From: the human T2T-CHM13v2.0 reference genome, Homo sapiens
NCBI RefSeq assembly: GCF_009914755.1
Contig: NC_060936.1
Length of the DNA stretch: 64,000 nucleotides
Direction: 5' to 3' (one strand)
Position numbers and translations under genes: made by a program. The notes beneath the pieces were generated by a model. That model made no database searches. It was not told where the DNA came from and saw nothing but the letters and a program-made list of their open reading frames with translations. This document shows positions 1-13,707 of this stretch, one piece after another. The first letter of the stretch is position 1. Each line of letters opens with the position of its first letter.

Positions 1-1760
1 TTTTCTCTTCTCCTTCTGGGACACCAAACATTTGACTATTTGGTTTCTTTATGGTGTCCCATATATCACATAGAATCTGTTCATTCTTTTTGATTCTTTT
101 TTCTTTATTTTTGTCTGACTGGGTTATTTCAAAAGACATGTCTTTGTGTTCTGAAATTCTTTCTGTTTGATCTGGTTTCTTGTTGAAGCTTTTGAATGTA
201 TTTTGTATGTAATTAAATAAAGTTTTTAGTTCCAGAATTTCTATTCCATTCTTTTTAATGATATCTTTTTGTAATTTTAAAATTCATATCCTGAATTGTT
301 TTTCTGATTTCTTTTTATTGTTTGTTTGTGTTGTCTTATATCTCACTGAGCTTCTTTAATATCATTATTTTGAATTCTTCTGGGATTTTATAAATTTCTT
401 TTTTATTGGTATCTGTTGCTGGAGAATTATTGTGTTCCTTTAGAGATGTCATATTTCCTTGCTTTTTCATGTCTTTTTTTGCCTTTACATTGCTATCTGC
501 ACATCTGATGTAACAGTCACTTCTAATTTTTTTGACTTTGTTTTCATAGGTGAGGACATTTTCCTGAAGATGAATCTATGTTGTTGGTTGGATAGGGCAC
601 TTTGGCTTAGATTCTGCATGCAGGCAGTAGTGCAGTTCCTGTACAATTTCTTTGGCTTTAAACAGCATATATGGTGTCTGTGATGTTCTCAGTGGTTTAG
701 GTTGCATTTGTAGTGGAGGCTGTGGTGAGGTTTTGCTGGGGATGGGGATGTCAGGTGGACCAATCCTTGTGCCCCATTGGTAGCAGTAATGGACCAATTG
801 TACCTGAAGTGGTGTATGCTGACACTGGATTAGCAGGTCCTTGCATGCTGATTCTCGGGCATTCAGGGAGCTTGCTCAGGTGCCAGTAGTGGCAGTGGTG
901 AGCCAGGCAGGTGAGCAAGTCCTCCAGCCTCTGGACATTAGGCATGGCAGGGGTGATGGCCATAGCAGTGGCAGAACATCCCTGTCTCCCAAGTGGTCTG
1001 CACTGATGTTGGTGGTTGCTGCTGAGGCTCAGCAGGGAAGTCCCTGGTCCACAGGTGGCAAGTGAAGGTAGGTGCTGTCTGTCGTGGTAGTGGAAGGTTG
1101 GTTGGGCTTCACATCAGGTTCCTGGGAGGAGTACCCAGGTACAATGATGATGAATGGGGCTGGGTGATCTCCAGACTCCTAGATGACATGCTCAGGCCCT
1201 GAGGGAGCAGAGTTAGACAGGGAAGGCCTGTCCTCAGGACCCCCATTGCTGTTTGCAGGCACTGGCTGTAGTAAGCAGGGGTTGTCAGAGACAAAATGCT
1301 TGGGTGGGGTTATCAGTAACTGTACTGTGGACCTAATACTGGGGTGGCCAAAGTTGCTTTCAGTAGGAGCAACCATAGGCAGGGGACTGAGGAGAATGCA
1401 CTTCAGCTCCAGGTGGCAGCTATGGGTGGAGCAGCCTCCCCTCAGGGAATTTTTTAATGCACAGTGCCTTTATAACTGGGGGCAGTAGGGCCATTGTCAG
1501 TAGCTTGCCCCTCAGCTTTCTTGAGGTCCCCTGTTTCTTTGTCCCAATCAGAAAAGTGCTCCCAGGCAAAAAGTATAGGTCATTGTTGGGCTAATCTCAT
1601 GTATTCTCCTCTCTGAGGGATCACAGTTCTAGACTGTCTGCTGTTTATCATCTGATAATAAACCCCTCATGTATTTTGTCCCAGGTTACAATTTTTTTTT
1701 TTTAATCTCGAAAGCATTAGTTGGATACCAGTTACTTCACTGTAGGCAAGAGTGGAAATC
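1..1760 (-). mobile_element. Old L1M fragments (ORF1/5'UTR region, ending in an ancient L1M 5' terminus at ~1560-1760)
   Basis: T-rich antisense ORF1-like text (tatttcaaaagac, tctgaaattctttc), followed by GC-richer 5'UTR-like sequence. Confidence 0.65.
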
Positions 1761-1914
1761 TCATGGGCAGAAACAGAAGTCTTAATTATTGATTATTTTT
1801 TAGCTACTTTGTCCCTACTAGATATCAATAGTTTAAAATAAGTGTTTACACATACTTTCTACTCATCTTTCCCACATCAACATAAGCTACTAAGAGGGTT
1901 TCCCTGTTTCCCTA

Positions 1915-2065
1915 GAACTGGCATCATCAGCAAAACTTTTAGAAATAAAAATTTACTGGCCTCACCCAAGACCTGATGAATCAAAAAGTGTGTTTGGGGA
2001 CCAGCTGTGTGTTGTTGTAGCTGTTGTTGTTGAATAAGCTTCCAGTGATTCTGATGGGCAGTGAA
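1915..2065. mobile_element. MER5-like hAT-Charlie MITE fragment
   Basis: ttagaaat...cccaagacctgatgaatca...aataagcttccagtgattctgatg resembles MER5A. Confidence 0.55.
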
Positions 2066-3229
2066 GCTTAGCTCCTATCCCATCAGGTGTCCTGCTGTCT
2101 CTACAGCGTGTTTGTTGTAATTACTTGGTTGGTTGTGTAGCTTCTCTCTAAGTTCTTTGTAAAGAGAAAATGTGTCTCATAGTCACCTGATTCCCAAATT
2201 TATGATTGATAAAAAATTTGACTATCTGTGCTATTGCTTTTGCCTTCCTTTCTTAGCACAATTTTTCTCCTTACACTCTAAATGGTTCATAAATCTTCTC
2301 CCAAAGTTTTTTGGATATGGAAAGATTATATTTTTTAAATGACTTTAATTGGTTTCATTTCATGGTATTATTATACTTTTTCTTTTGGAGAAGAAAAATT
2401 CACAAGTTTACTTAGATACCTGAAAATTTTTTTGTGGAGTAAACTTGTCCAAAGAAGCATATCTTTGTAGTTTTCAGTTTAATGAATGCTTTTAGGTTGA
2501 AGTAGACATGGGAGATAATTCCCATTCAATGAAATTCTGCTTTCAGTAGTCCTATCAGTTGAGTATTTTGGTTAGACCAGGGCCTGGTGGAGTAAGGAAT
2601 GCTTCAGGATACAGTTATTTGTCTTCCTGCCCCAGAAGTAGGATCATGATATCATAGTGTCCCAGGGATGGAAAATATAAGACCTTTTTGATTAGTATGA
2701 TAGAAAACACATTCAAATAAAGATTGTGTGGTAAAGATTCTATGTCTATTTTGGACACTAAGGTAAATTACTATGAGGAAATTATAGAACCTTTTAACAT
2801 CAGTTTTATTATCTGTGAAATATACAGGATTTTCTTCGATGCAAAGACTGTTTACTCTCAGTTTACAGCTTCACTATCTCTTCTGCATCATACATTTCTT
2901 CTTCTTGACTGGAATGTTTCCGTGAGTTTACATATTTTGCAATATATCTGATTTTTTATACCTCTTTTTAATCCCATATCTCCCCACCACCCCAAGAAAT
3001 AGCTAGTCTTTTACTTAATCTTTGTTCTACCAGGCATTCTGCTGAAATTTGCTTAAAAGAGAAGATGAAAGTCTTTAAATCTATGTTATAAATCCTATCA
3101 TGAATTGTAAATTAGTTCTCAGTAGTAGCATTTAATGTACCTCTACTAACCTCACAGCCTTAGAAATGCATGTATTGCTATGGTATTTATTAATTTTCAC
3201 CTTTACTGCCAGTAAGGAACACACACATG

Positions 3230-3541
3230 TAGTCATGTGCCACGTAATGATCTTTCGGTCAATGACTGACAGAATTTATGACTGTGGTCCCATAAGATTA
3301 TAATGGAACTGAAATGTTCCTATCACCTACTGACTTGTGTTACAGTTGTCTACAGTATTCAGTACAGTAACATGCCATACAGATTTGTAGATTAGGAGCA
3401 ATAAGCTATGCCATAGAGTCTAGGTGTGTAGTAGGTTGTACCATCTGGATTTGCATAATGACATCCTATGCTGTTCATACAATGACAAAATCACCCAAAG
3501 CTGCATTTCTCAAAACATATCCCTGTCATTACATGATGCAT
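3230..3541 (+). mobile_element. Tigger3/MER7-type DNA transposon derivative
   Basis: agtcatgtgccacgtaatga...tggtcccataagattataat...cagtattcagtacagtaacatg...catgatgcat. Confidence 0.8.
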
Positions 3542-3872
3542 TTTTCCCCCTGAGGGTCCATATATCTACTCTTAAATTATAAGCATGCTCAATTTCCTAA
3601 AAATGTAGTATATGTTTAGATGCCATTCAAATGTAGGAAGTCTGGTGCCATTTCTGTGTAGCCTATCTGAATGTTCAAATTTATCTTTCATCTTTTGTCT
3701 TTTTAAATATACTCAGAAACTTTTAATTTATACACATATTCATACAAATTTTCTTCTAATATCAGTGGATTAAGAAACATAGCTTGAGATCCTTATTTAA
3801 ATGTTTTATAGTTTTTTTTACATAATACATGCCTATCTACTGCTTTGAAAAACTAACCAGAGTATAAAACAT

Positions 3873-4770
3873 TGTCTTAGTCAGCTCAGGCTGCTATTAC
3901 AAAAATACCATAGACTGTATGGCTTAAACCTGGGGTCCCCAACCCCTGGGCCACAGATCGGTACTGGTTTATGGCCTATTAGGAAATGGGCCGCAGAGCA
4001 GGAGGTGAGTGGCAGGCAAGTGAGTGATGCTTCATCTGTATTTACGGCTGTTCACCATCACTTGCATTACCATCTGAACTCTGCCTCCTGTGAGATCAAT
4101 GGCTGCATTAGAGTTTCATAGGAGCACAAACCCTATTGTGAACTGCACATGCAAGGGATCTAGGTTGCACACTTATGAGAATCCAATGCCTGATGATCTG
4201 TCACTGTCTCCCATCACCCCCAGATGGGACTGTCTAGTTGCAGGAAAACAAGCTCAGGGCTCCCACTGATTCTACATTATGGTGAGTTGTATAATTATCT
4301 CATTGTATATTACAATGTAATAATGATAGAAATAAAGTACACAATAAATGTAATGTGCTTGAATTATCCCAAAACCATCCCTCACCCCCTGGTCTGTGGA
4401 AAAATTGTCTTTCATGAAACCAGTCCCTGGTGCCAAAAAGGTTGGGGACCAATGGCTCAAACATTTATTTCTCCCAGTTCTAGAGGCTGGGAAATCCAAT
4501 ATTACAATGCTGGGAGATCTGCTGTCTGGTGAGGAACTGCTTTGTGGCTTGTAGACAGCTGCCTTCTTGATTTCTCCTATCATGGCAGAAAAATGGATCT
4601 CTGGTTTCCTTTTCTTTTTATAAGGACACTAATCCCATCATGGAAGCTCCACCCTCATAATTTCATCTAAACCTAATTACTCCTGAAGGCTCACCTCTTT
4701 ATACCATCCCATTGGGGTTGAGGTTTCAACATATAAATTGTAGGGAGACAAAAACCTGCAGTATATAACA
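3873..4770 (-). mobile_element. MaLR solo LTR (MLT1/MST class), interrupted by MER1A
   Basis: tgtcttagtcagctcaggctgctat...[insert]...atttatttctcccagttctagaggctgggaa...cctaattactcc...tataaca. Confidence 0.8.
3930..4454 (+). mobile_element. MER1A (hAT-Charlie)
   Basis: TIRs ctggggtccccaacc / ggttggggaccaatg; 525 bp; 8-bp TSD gcttaaac (3922-3929) / gctcaaac (4455-4462). Confidence 0.88.
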
Positions 4771-5974
4771 AATATTTGGTCAAACATTCACAATTGCCAT
4801 AAACATCCCAAGTATCATTCTATTAACAGCAAATATTGCAAATGTTAACAGCAAATGCTTGTTTATGCCTCAATGTTCTCTGATATGAAATCCAGGTCAT
4901 TATGAATAAAATGAGAGCTTTTACTTTTTCAGGCAAGCCTGTTTTCAGTAGAGTCACAGAGAACTCAGTTACCATGACTACAAGGTTAGTTTCCCATTCA
5001 TTCACTTATTAAATTACTGTCTAATAGTCATTCCTACTTCCTGGTCCAGATACACGATCTGACCTTTCATTTTGAATTGCTAAGTAAAATTATGAATTCA
5101 TGTTCTCATTTTCCTATTTGAGAAGACAGGTTTTTGTGTTTCCTTGGCTATCAAGATTAATTTTTCTGGATTAATTCTACTCAGTCCTGTTATATGAACT
5201 CTCAGGGTGGAGTTATATAAGTTTTATTGGTATCATTCATAAAATATAATTGACTTCCTACAATGGGAAGTTAAGTTTCTTTTCTATGAAAATTATAGCA
5301 TGCTGATAAGTATCTGATACTGATATTACTACTGCCTACATATGGGATTTTGTATATTTCTTGAAATGAATTCAATAAGGTCAGCTGGCAATAACCAGGA
5401 ACATTCTACTCATTGCCAAAAGGAAACTTCCTAAATTAAGTTTGAGATGGGATCATATTAGCTGTTTATTTTTACTCTGATGTCTTAAAAGTGTTATATT
5501 ACAAGATATGCTTTAGAAATAAGAGATGTGTGTAAAAATTTTCACTTTATTTTGATTTCTTTCTACTTCAACTTTCCTTTAAGGAGTCTTGGGTAAGGCA
5601 TTGGCAACTTTCAAGCCTCTGGAGGAAGATATAAAATTAATTCACTGAAATGAGACATATTGTAATGCATGCTAGCCCTTATAAATACTGAGGGAACAAG
5701 TGGAAGAGAGTTGACTCAGGAGAGATTGGCATCAAAAGAAGTGAATTGGTTGCCTTTATTTAGGTTAAGGCTTTTCCTTTCAGTGTATGTTGATCTCCTC
5801 TTTTGCAAAATGCCTGTGCGTGTCTTTGGATCTTTCTGAAGAATTGAGAAGGAAATGATGAATGAATCAATATAGTGCTAAACTTTACAGTTCATCACCA
5901 ATATTTGTGATCTACTGCTATTCTACTATGTACATATCAGAGCACACTGGCTCAAAGATTAGGTTATAGAATGA

Positions 5975-7365
5975 TAACCAAAACAGCATGGTACTGGTTC
6001 CAAACAGATATATAGACCAATGGACCAGAACAGAGGCCTCAGAAATAACACCACACATCTACAACCATCTGATCTTTGACAAACCTGACAAAAACAAGCA
6101 ATGGGGAAAGGATTCCCTATTTAATAAATGGTGTTGGGAAAACTGGCTAGCTATATGCAGAAAACTGAAACTGGACCCTTTCCTTACACCTTATACAAAA
6201 ATTAACTCAAGATGGATTAGAGACTTAAATGTAAGACCTAAAGCCATAAAAACCCTTGAAGAAAACCTAGGCAATGCCATTCAGAACATAGGCATGGGCA
6301 AAGACTTCATGACTAAAACACCAAAAGCAATCGCAACAAAAGCCAAAATTGACAAATGGGATCTAATTAAACTAAAGAGCTTCTGCACAGTAAAAGAAAC
6401 TACCATCAGAGTGAACAGGCAACCTACAGAATGGGAGAAAATTTTTGCACTTTGCCCATCTGACAAAGGGCTAATATCCAGAATCTACAAAGAACTTAAA
6501 TTTACAAGAAAAAAACAAACGACCCCATCAAAAAGTGGGCAAAGGATATGAACAAACACTTCTCAAAAGAAGACATTTATGCAGCCAACAAACATGAAAA
6601 AAAGCTCATCATTACTGGTCATTAGAGAAATTCAAATCAAAACCACAATGAGATACCATCTCATGCCATTTAGGATGGTGATCATTAAAAAGTCAGGAAA
6701 CAACAGGTGCTGGAGACGATGTGGAGAAATAGGAACACTTTTACACTGTTGGTGGGAGTGTAAATTAGTTCAATCATTGTGGAAGACAGTGTGGCAATTC
6801 CTCAAGGATCTAATACCAGAAATACCATTTGACCCAGCAATCTCATTACTGGGTATATATCCAAAGAATTATAAATCATTCAGCTATAAAGACACATGCA
6901 TACGTATGTTTATTGCGGCACTATTCACAATAGCAAAGACTTGGAACCAACCCAAATGCCCATCAATGATAGACAGAATAAATAAATTGTGGCACATATA
7001 TGCCATGGAATACTATGCAGCCATAAAAAAGGATGAGTTCACGTCCTTTGCAGGGTCATGGATGAAGCCAGAAACCATAATTCTCAGCAAACTAACACAA
7101 GAACGGAGAATGAAACATCGCAGGTTCTCACTCATAAGTAGGAGTTGAACAATGAGAACACACAGACACAGGGAGGGGAACATCACACACTGTGGTCTAT
7201 CGGGGTGTGGGGGGCTAGGGGAGGAATAGCATTAAGAGAAATACCTAATGTAGATGACGGGTTGATGGGTGCAGCAAACCACCATGGCACATGGATACCT
7301 ATGTAACAAACCTGCGTCTTCTGCACATGTACCCTCAGAACTTAAAGTAAAATAATAATAATAAA
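5975..7365 (+). mobile_element. 5'-truncated L1PA (about L1PA7/8): ORF2 C-terminus, 3'UTR and A-rich tail
   Basis: ORFs 5988..6551 and 6579..7148 translate as frameshifted L1 ORF2p (CWWECKLVQ); G-rich 3'UTR; (aat)n tail. Confidence 0.95.
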
Positions 7366-7379
7366 AGAATCATCCTGCA

Positions 7380-7480
7380 TTATGTCTCAGCCACTGTGAC
7401 ATTTAAGAAAGTCATATATTCCTTCTGGCCTCAGTTTCCTTACTTATAATCCAAGGATGTTGAAATAGATGATCTATGAT
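7380..7480 (+). mobile_element. MIR fragment
   Basis: Core motif gcctcagtttcct. Confidence 0.5.
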
Positions 7481-8488
7481 TCTTTCTGGTATTTAATATT
7501 ATATTCTCGTTTTCACCAAAAAGCTATATATTTCCTTCTGGCCATGGCTCTGTGATCATTTGAATGTACAAAGGTTTTCATGAGAATTGACTTTAGAAAT
7601 TCTAAGAACATTTGAGTAAGTTAAATATTTTAGACTTGAAATCTATCTTGTAACTTTTCTAATTTTGTTTACAATTTTTTTCAAGCTACAAAGGCAACAT
7701 TTACCAAGCCCAAAAGCGGAATTTTCATTTTTATATTAGATGCAGTTAATTATAAATGTGATAAAAGTCAGAGCCCCGTTCTGTATAAAACTGCTGAATA
7801 TGGCAGTGAAACTTACAGAAAAAGGAAACAAGCTAAATAAATCATCATCCTAAACCCTAACAGTGATGTCTCACTCTTCGATGAAAAAAATTACCCAGAG
7901 CAGAACTGCATTTCTCCTCCCTAAAGAAAGGTGCTTGATCATCTTAAAGTATAAAATGCCTCTCACTCCAGTGCTCCTGGAGTTATTTATCTGTGCTGGC
8001 GTGTTAACTTTTTTTACTTGACTAATGACTAAGTTGAGATTGAAATAGGTATGTGTGGGGACTCGTATTTAAGTCATCATGAATAAAAATAACTTGTAGG
8101 TTGTACTGTTTCTTACTATTTCAAGAAAGAAATGTTATCTTCTCCACAATGTTTAGGAATAAAACAGCTTTCTATCAACTATAGACATACATATGTAACC
8201 CAAATACAAACCGCACATAGGATGGTTTGGGCCATGGGATGAGTCTGTGATAGTTGTGTACTCTACTGTTACTAGCCAAACACAAATGGAACTATATTAC
8301 CATTCAGGAAAACTACAGGGGAAATTGATGTTTCATAGGCTCCCAAGAGTTACAATTCTAGTGAATGTTGAGATGATCATGCTGAGTCTTTTCCATACAC
8401 TTATAATCTTCAATATTTGTATCATGGTTTATAATGGTCAATAGGACCCATAGTCCTCTTACTTAATGAAGAGGTGTAATTATAATGT

Positions 8489-8905
8489 TGTAGAGGTCAA
8501 AAAAACTCCATCTTGGATGTTAATCTGCTGTATTGACTTACGATTAACTAGTTTCAGGAAGCCTCTAAGATTTCCATTTATCTATTGTTCCTCATTTAAG
8601 AAGATTTACTTACCACAAATCCTACCCTTAAGTCAAACGACCTTGATGTTATCGTAATTCAGATGTCCTACTCTCCCTTCTGAATCACACTTTCCCTATG
8701 GTATATACGCCCTGGGTCTGGGAGATAATTGGATGGGGATCCACCATCTTGTCTTGTGTGGCAGGAGACACAGACGTGGCTTCTGTTTGTAAGTTCTTAT
8801 TAAATATTTCTTTCTAAGAAACTGGATATGTTAGCCTCTTTTTTGGCCTCTCAGCTTCCTTGAACTTTGGGAGTAGGTTTGCATAGACCTGCCTACCACA
8901 AAACA
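8489..8905 (+). mobile_element. Complete solo LTR (ERVL class, LTR47-like; family tentative)
   Basis: TG...CA termini, 417 bp, perfect 5-bp TSD aatgt (8484-8488 / 8906-8910), TATA-like gtatata at ~8701, attaaa at ~8799. Confidence 0.8.
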
Positions 8906-9299
8906 AATGTTATTATTTATAAACAGATGAAAGAAGTATTTAACATTATTTAAGAACAAAAACTCCATCACAGGTTTCTGAAAGAAGGTAGATTAAAGCA
9001 AATTTCCAAAGCATCCTAGTTTTTATTAATCTTAACATACTATGTTGCAATCATCTTATGTTGGACTTATGGTTTTGTTTTCCAGCATAGGTGTATGTAT
9101 CTATATCATTTTGTGAATATCTATTTATATTCAACAATGACAAAATTCAACACCAAACCAGCTTTGCTTATCTATACCTATTATTTACTCCCAGTCTGTA
9201 CAGTATGATAATTGGCCTGCTTTTCTCATTCTGTTCTTTTTTGCATGATTCTTCTTGAATCAGTTGCCCTCCTTTCATCCTGCAAACTCTCACACTGCA

Positions 9300-9590
9300 C
9301 TAGATTTGGCTCAGCCTTGAAGATGCAGTTCCAGAGTTTATTCTCTGCCACAAAGCTCTGAGTCCCTCCCACAGTCACCCTGCTTTCTGGATCAGGTGCT
9401 TTATCTATCACCATCTCTTTCAGAGCACAATATTACACCAATGTCAATACAATGTTTTAATTCATCCATCTTCCCCAGTAGACTCAGAACTCTGAGGACA
9501 GAAATTTTTCATACTTACCTTTGTATCTTACGCAGCATTGTGGTCAACTTAGCCTAATAAGAAGTCTGTAAACAAAATGAATAAAAATAC
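9300..9590 (+). mobile_element. L2 3' fragment
   Basis: tagactcagaactctgaggacaga...aaatgaataaa, typical of an L2 3' end. Confidence 0.5.
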
Positions 9591-10042
9591 CAGAAATAAC
9601 ACTTTGGCTCAGATGGAACATCAGAATGGGGACATTGTGGGAAATGTCAAAAATTTTTATACCCCTTGTTTACGTATATAGCTCTGTTATGACAGAGGTA
9701 ACTTAAGTGTCTTCAGACAGAAACATCTGATAAACAGTCACCTTCAGAAGTTTGGATCAGTTTACTTTCTTTAGCAGCCTGAGCATTTGTATATATAATT
9801 GGGATTGCTGTGCTTGAGAGAGACCCTGTGACTATTAGTCATACTATTGCTACTACATACTAGTAGCATGAGACAGTGAACTATCTTCTCTTCTCATATG
9901 TGCATGCCATTTATGTCCAACTATGTTTTAAGATTGAGCTTCCTGATTGTGTTTTCTGGAGATACTGTTTCAACCTCTACTGTTTAAGGATAAGATAAAA
10001 GAGAATTATAACACTGTGGGTAAAATTTTGATTTAAAATTAT

Positions 10043-10163
10043 TGGCCAGTCACGGTGGCTGATGCCCGTAATCCCAGCACTTTGCGGGGGAGGGCGAGGC
10101 AGGCGGATCATTTACGGTTAGGAGTTTGAGACCAGCTTGGCCAACATAATAAAAGCCACTCTC
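10043..10163 (+). mobile_element. Alu left arm only, 3'-truncated
   Basis: ggccagtcacggtggct...gtaatcccagcacttt...gagaccagcttggccaacat; no right arm or tail. Confidence 0.9.
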
Positions 10164-13100
10164 AGTACTACCACAGCTGATGCTCTCTTGAAAGCGCCAC
10201 CTCCCAGCACAAGGCCAAATAGCACAAAAATAGTGCACTCATCAACCAAAGCTAAGGACCCTCACAGAGTCCATTTCATCTCCCTGCCACCTCCACCAGA
10301 GCAGGTGCTGGTATTCATGGCTGAGAGATCCACAGACAGTTCAGATCACAGGGCTCTGTGCAGAAAACCCCCAGAACCACCTCAGAACCTGGTAGACTTG
10401 CTGGGTGGCTAGATCCAGAAGAGAGATAACAGTCACTACAGGCCTGGCTCTGAGAAAGCCACTTTCCTTGGAAAAGGAGGAGAGTACTACATCAAGGAAA
10501 CACCCTGTGGGACAAAAAAATCTCAACAACAGCCTTGAGCCCTAGACCTTCCCTCTGACAGAGCCTACCCAAATGAGAAGGAACCAGAAAACCAACTCTG
10601 GTGATATGACAAAACAAGGTTCTTTGACACCCCCCAAAATTACACTAGCGCACCAGCAATGAATCCAAACCAAATAGAAATCCCTGATTTACCTCAAAAG
10701 GAATTCAGAAGGTTAATTATTAAGCTAATAAGGGAGGTACAAGGGAAAGGTGAAGCCCAATGTTAGGAAATTTAAAAAAATTATACAAGAAGTGAAGTGA
10801 GAAATATTCAACAAAATAGCATAAATAAAAACAGTCAAAACTTCAGGAAAAAATGGAAGCACTTATAGAAATGCAAAATGCTCTGGAAAGTCTCAGCAAT
10901 ACAATTGAACAAGCAGAAGAAAAACTTCAGAGCTCAAAGACAAGGTTTTCAAATTAACCCAATCCAACAAAGACAAAGAAAAAAGACTGAGAAAATATTA
11001 ACAAAGCCTCCAAGAAGTCTGGGATTATGTTAAGCGACCAAACCAAAGAATAATTGGTGTTCCTGAGGAAGGAGAGAAATCTAAAAGTTTGGAAAATATA
11101 TCTGAGGGAATAATTGAGGAAAACTTACCCATCCTTGCTAGAGTACTAGACATCCAAATATAAGAAGCTCAAAGAACACCTGGGAAATTCATAGCAAAAA
11201 GATCATTGCCTAGGCACATTGTCATCAGGTTATCTAAAGTTCAGATGAACTAAAGGATCTTAAGAGCTATGAGGCAAAAACACCAGGTAACCTATAGAAG
11301 AAAACGTATCAAATTAACAGCAGATTTCTCAGCAGAAATCCCACAAGCTAGATGGGGTTTGGGACCTATCTTTAGCCTCCTCAAACAAAACAATTACCAG
11401 CCAAGAATTTTGTACCTACTGAAACTAAGCTTCATAAATGAAGGAAAGATGCAGTCTTTTTCAGACAAACAAATGCTGAGAGAATTCACCACTACCAAGC
11501 TACAAAACTGCTAAAACTGCTAAAAGGCACTGTAAGTCTTGAAACAGATCCTAGAAACATATCAAAATAGAACTTGTTTAAAGCATAAATCATACAGGAC
11601 CTATAAAACAAAAATACAATTAAAAAGACAAAAACAAAAAATCAAGGTATACAGGCAACAAATAGCATGATGAATGAAATAGCACCTCACATCTCAATAA
11701 TAACGTTAAATGTAAATGGCCTAAATGCTCCACTTCAAAGATACAGAATTGTAGAATGGATAAGAATTCACTAATCTTTAGTTCAACCATTGTGGAAGTC
11801 AGTGTGGTGATTCCTCTGGGATCTAGAACTAGAAATACCATTTGACCCAGCCATCCCATTACTGGATATATACCCAAAGGATTATAAAACATGCTGCTAT
11901 AAAGACACATGCACATGTATGTTTATTGCAGCACTATTCACAATAGCAAAGACTTGTAACCAACCCAAATGTCCAACAATGATAGACTAGATTAAGAAAA
12001 TGTGGCACATATACAACATGGAATACTATGCAGCCACAAAAAGTGATGAGTTCATGTCCTTTATAGGGACATGGATGAAGCTGGAAACCATCATTCTCAG
12101 CAAACTATCACAAGGACAAAAACCAAACACCACATCTTCTCACTCATAGGTGGGAATTGAACAATGAGAACACATGGACACAGGAAGGGGAACATCACAC
12201 ACCGGGGCCTGTTGTGGGGTGGGGGGAGGGGGGAGGGATAGCATTAGGAGATATACCTAATGTTAAATGACGAGTTAATGGGTGCAGCACACAAACATGG
12301 CACATGTATATGTATGTAACTAACCAGCACGTTGTGCACATGTACCCTAAAACTTAAAGTATAATGAAAAAAAAAAAAGAATTCACTAATCAACTATCTT
12401 CTGCCTTCGAGAGACACACTTAACACATAAGGACTCACACAGACTTGAAGTAAAGGGGTGGAAAAAGACATTTCATGCAAATGGAAACCAAAAGAGAGCA
12501 GGAGTAGCTATTCTTATATCAGACGAATGAAACTTTAAAACCACAGCAGTTAAAGAAGACAAAGAGGGACATTATATAATGATGAAAGGGATAATCCAAC
12601 AGGAAAATATCAAAATCCTAAATATATATGCATCTAACATTACAGGTCCCATATTTATAAAACAGTGACTAACAGATCTACGAAATCAGCTAGAAAGCAA
12701 ACAATAATAGTGGGGACTTTAATACTCCACTGGCAGCACTACATAGGTCATTGAGACAGAAAGTCAGCAAAGAAACAATGGATTTAAACTACACCCTGGA
12801 TCAAATGGACTCAACAGATATATACAGAACATTCTACCCAACAACTGCAGAATATACATTTTATTCAATAGCACATGGAACTTTCTCCAAGATAGACCAT
12901 ATGATAGGCCACAAAATGAGCCTCAATAAATTTAAGAAAATTGAAATTATATCAACCACTCTCTCAGACAACAGTGGAATAAAACTGGGAATCAACTCCA
13001 AAAGGAACCTTTAAAACCATGCAAATACATGGAAATTAAATAACCTGCTCCTGAATGAACATTGGGTCAAAAATGAAATCAAGATGAAGATTAGAAAATT

Positions 13101-13707
13101 CTTTGAACTGAACTACTATAGTGTCACAACCTATCAAAGCCTCTGGGAGACAGCAAAGGCGGTGCTAAGAGGAAAGTGCATAGCCCTAAACGCCTACATC
13201 AGAAAGTCTGAAAGAGCACAAACAGGCAATCTAAAGTCACACCTCAAGGAACTAGAGAAACAAGAACCAACCAAACCCAAACCCAGGAGAAGAAAGGAAG
13301 TAAGAACAGAGCAGAATTAAATGAAAGTGAAACAAAAAAATACAAAAGATAAATGAAACAAAAACCTGGTTCTTTGAAAAGATAAATAAAATTGATAGAG
13401 CATTAGCAAGATTAACCAAGAAGAGAGAAAATCCAAAGAAGCTCAATTAGAAATGAAAAGGGGGATATTACAACTGACACCACAGAAATATAAAAGATCA
13501 TTCAAATCTACTGTGAACACCTCTGTGTCCATAAAGTAGAAAACCTAGAGGAGATGGATAAATTCCTGGAAAGATACATCCTTCCTAGCTTAAATCAGGA
13601 AGAATTAGATACTCTGAATAGACCAATAACAAGCAGTGAGATCGAAATGGTAATAAAAATTTACCAACAAAAAAAGTCCAAGACTGGACAGATTCACAGC
13701 AAAATTT
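10164..13707 (+). mobile_element. Older primate L1 (L1PB-like): part of the 5'UTR, decayed ORF1 and the ORF2 endonuclease region; truncated at both ends
   Basis: ORF1p-like translation 11269..11514. ORF2 start (cacatctcaataataacgttaaatgtaaatggcc) near 11690. EN-domain translation 12751..13014 (HGTFSKIDH). Confidence 0.92.
11777..12376 (+). mobile_element. 600-bp 5'-truncated younger L1PA (about L1PA4/5) inserted in the older L1
   Basis: L1 3' end with polyA; perfect 15-bp TSD aagaattcactaatc (11762-11776 / 12377-12391). Confidence 0.95.

Noticed and set aside
5988-7148. L1 ORF2-like ORFs (also 11269-13320 and 31181-32896) as functional genes or as a novel RT system
   Set aside because: Truncated, frameshifted L1 relics. 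The RT motif is altered (SADD) and no intact ORF1/ORF2 is present.
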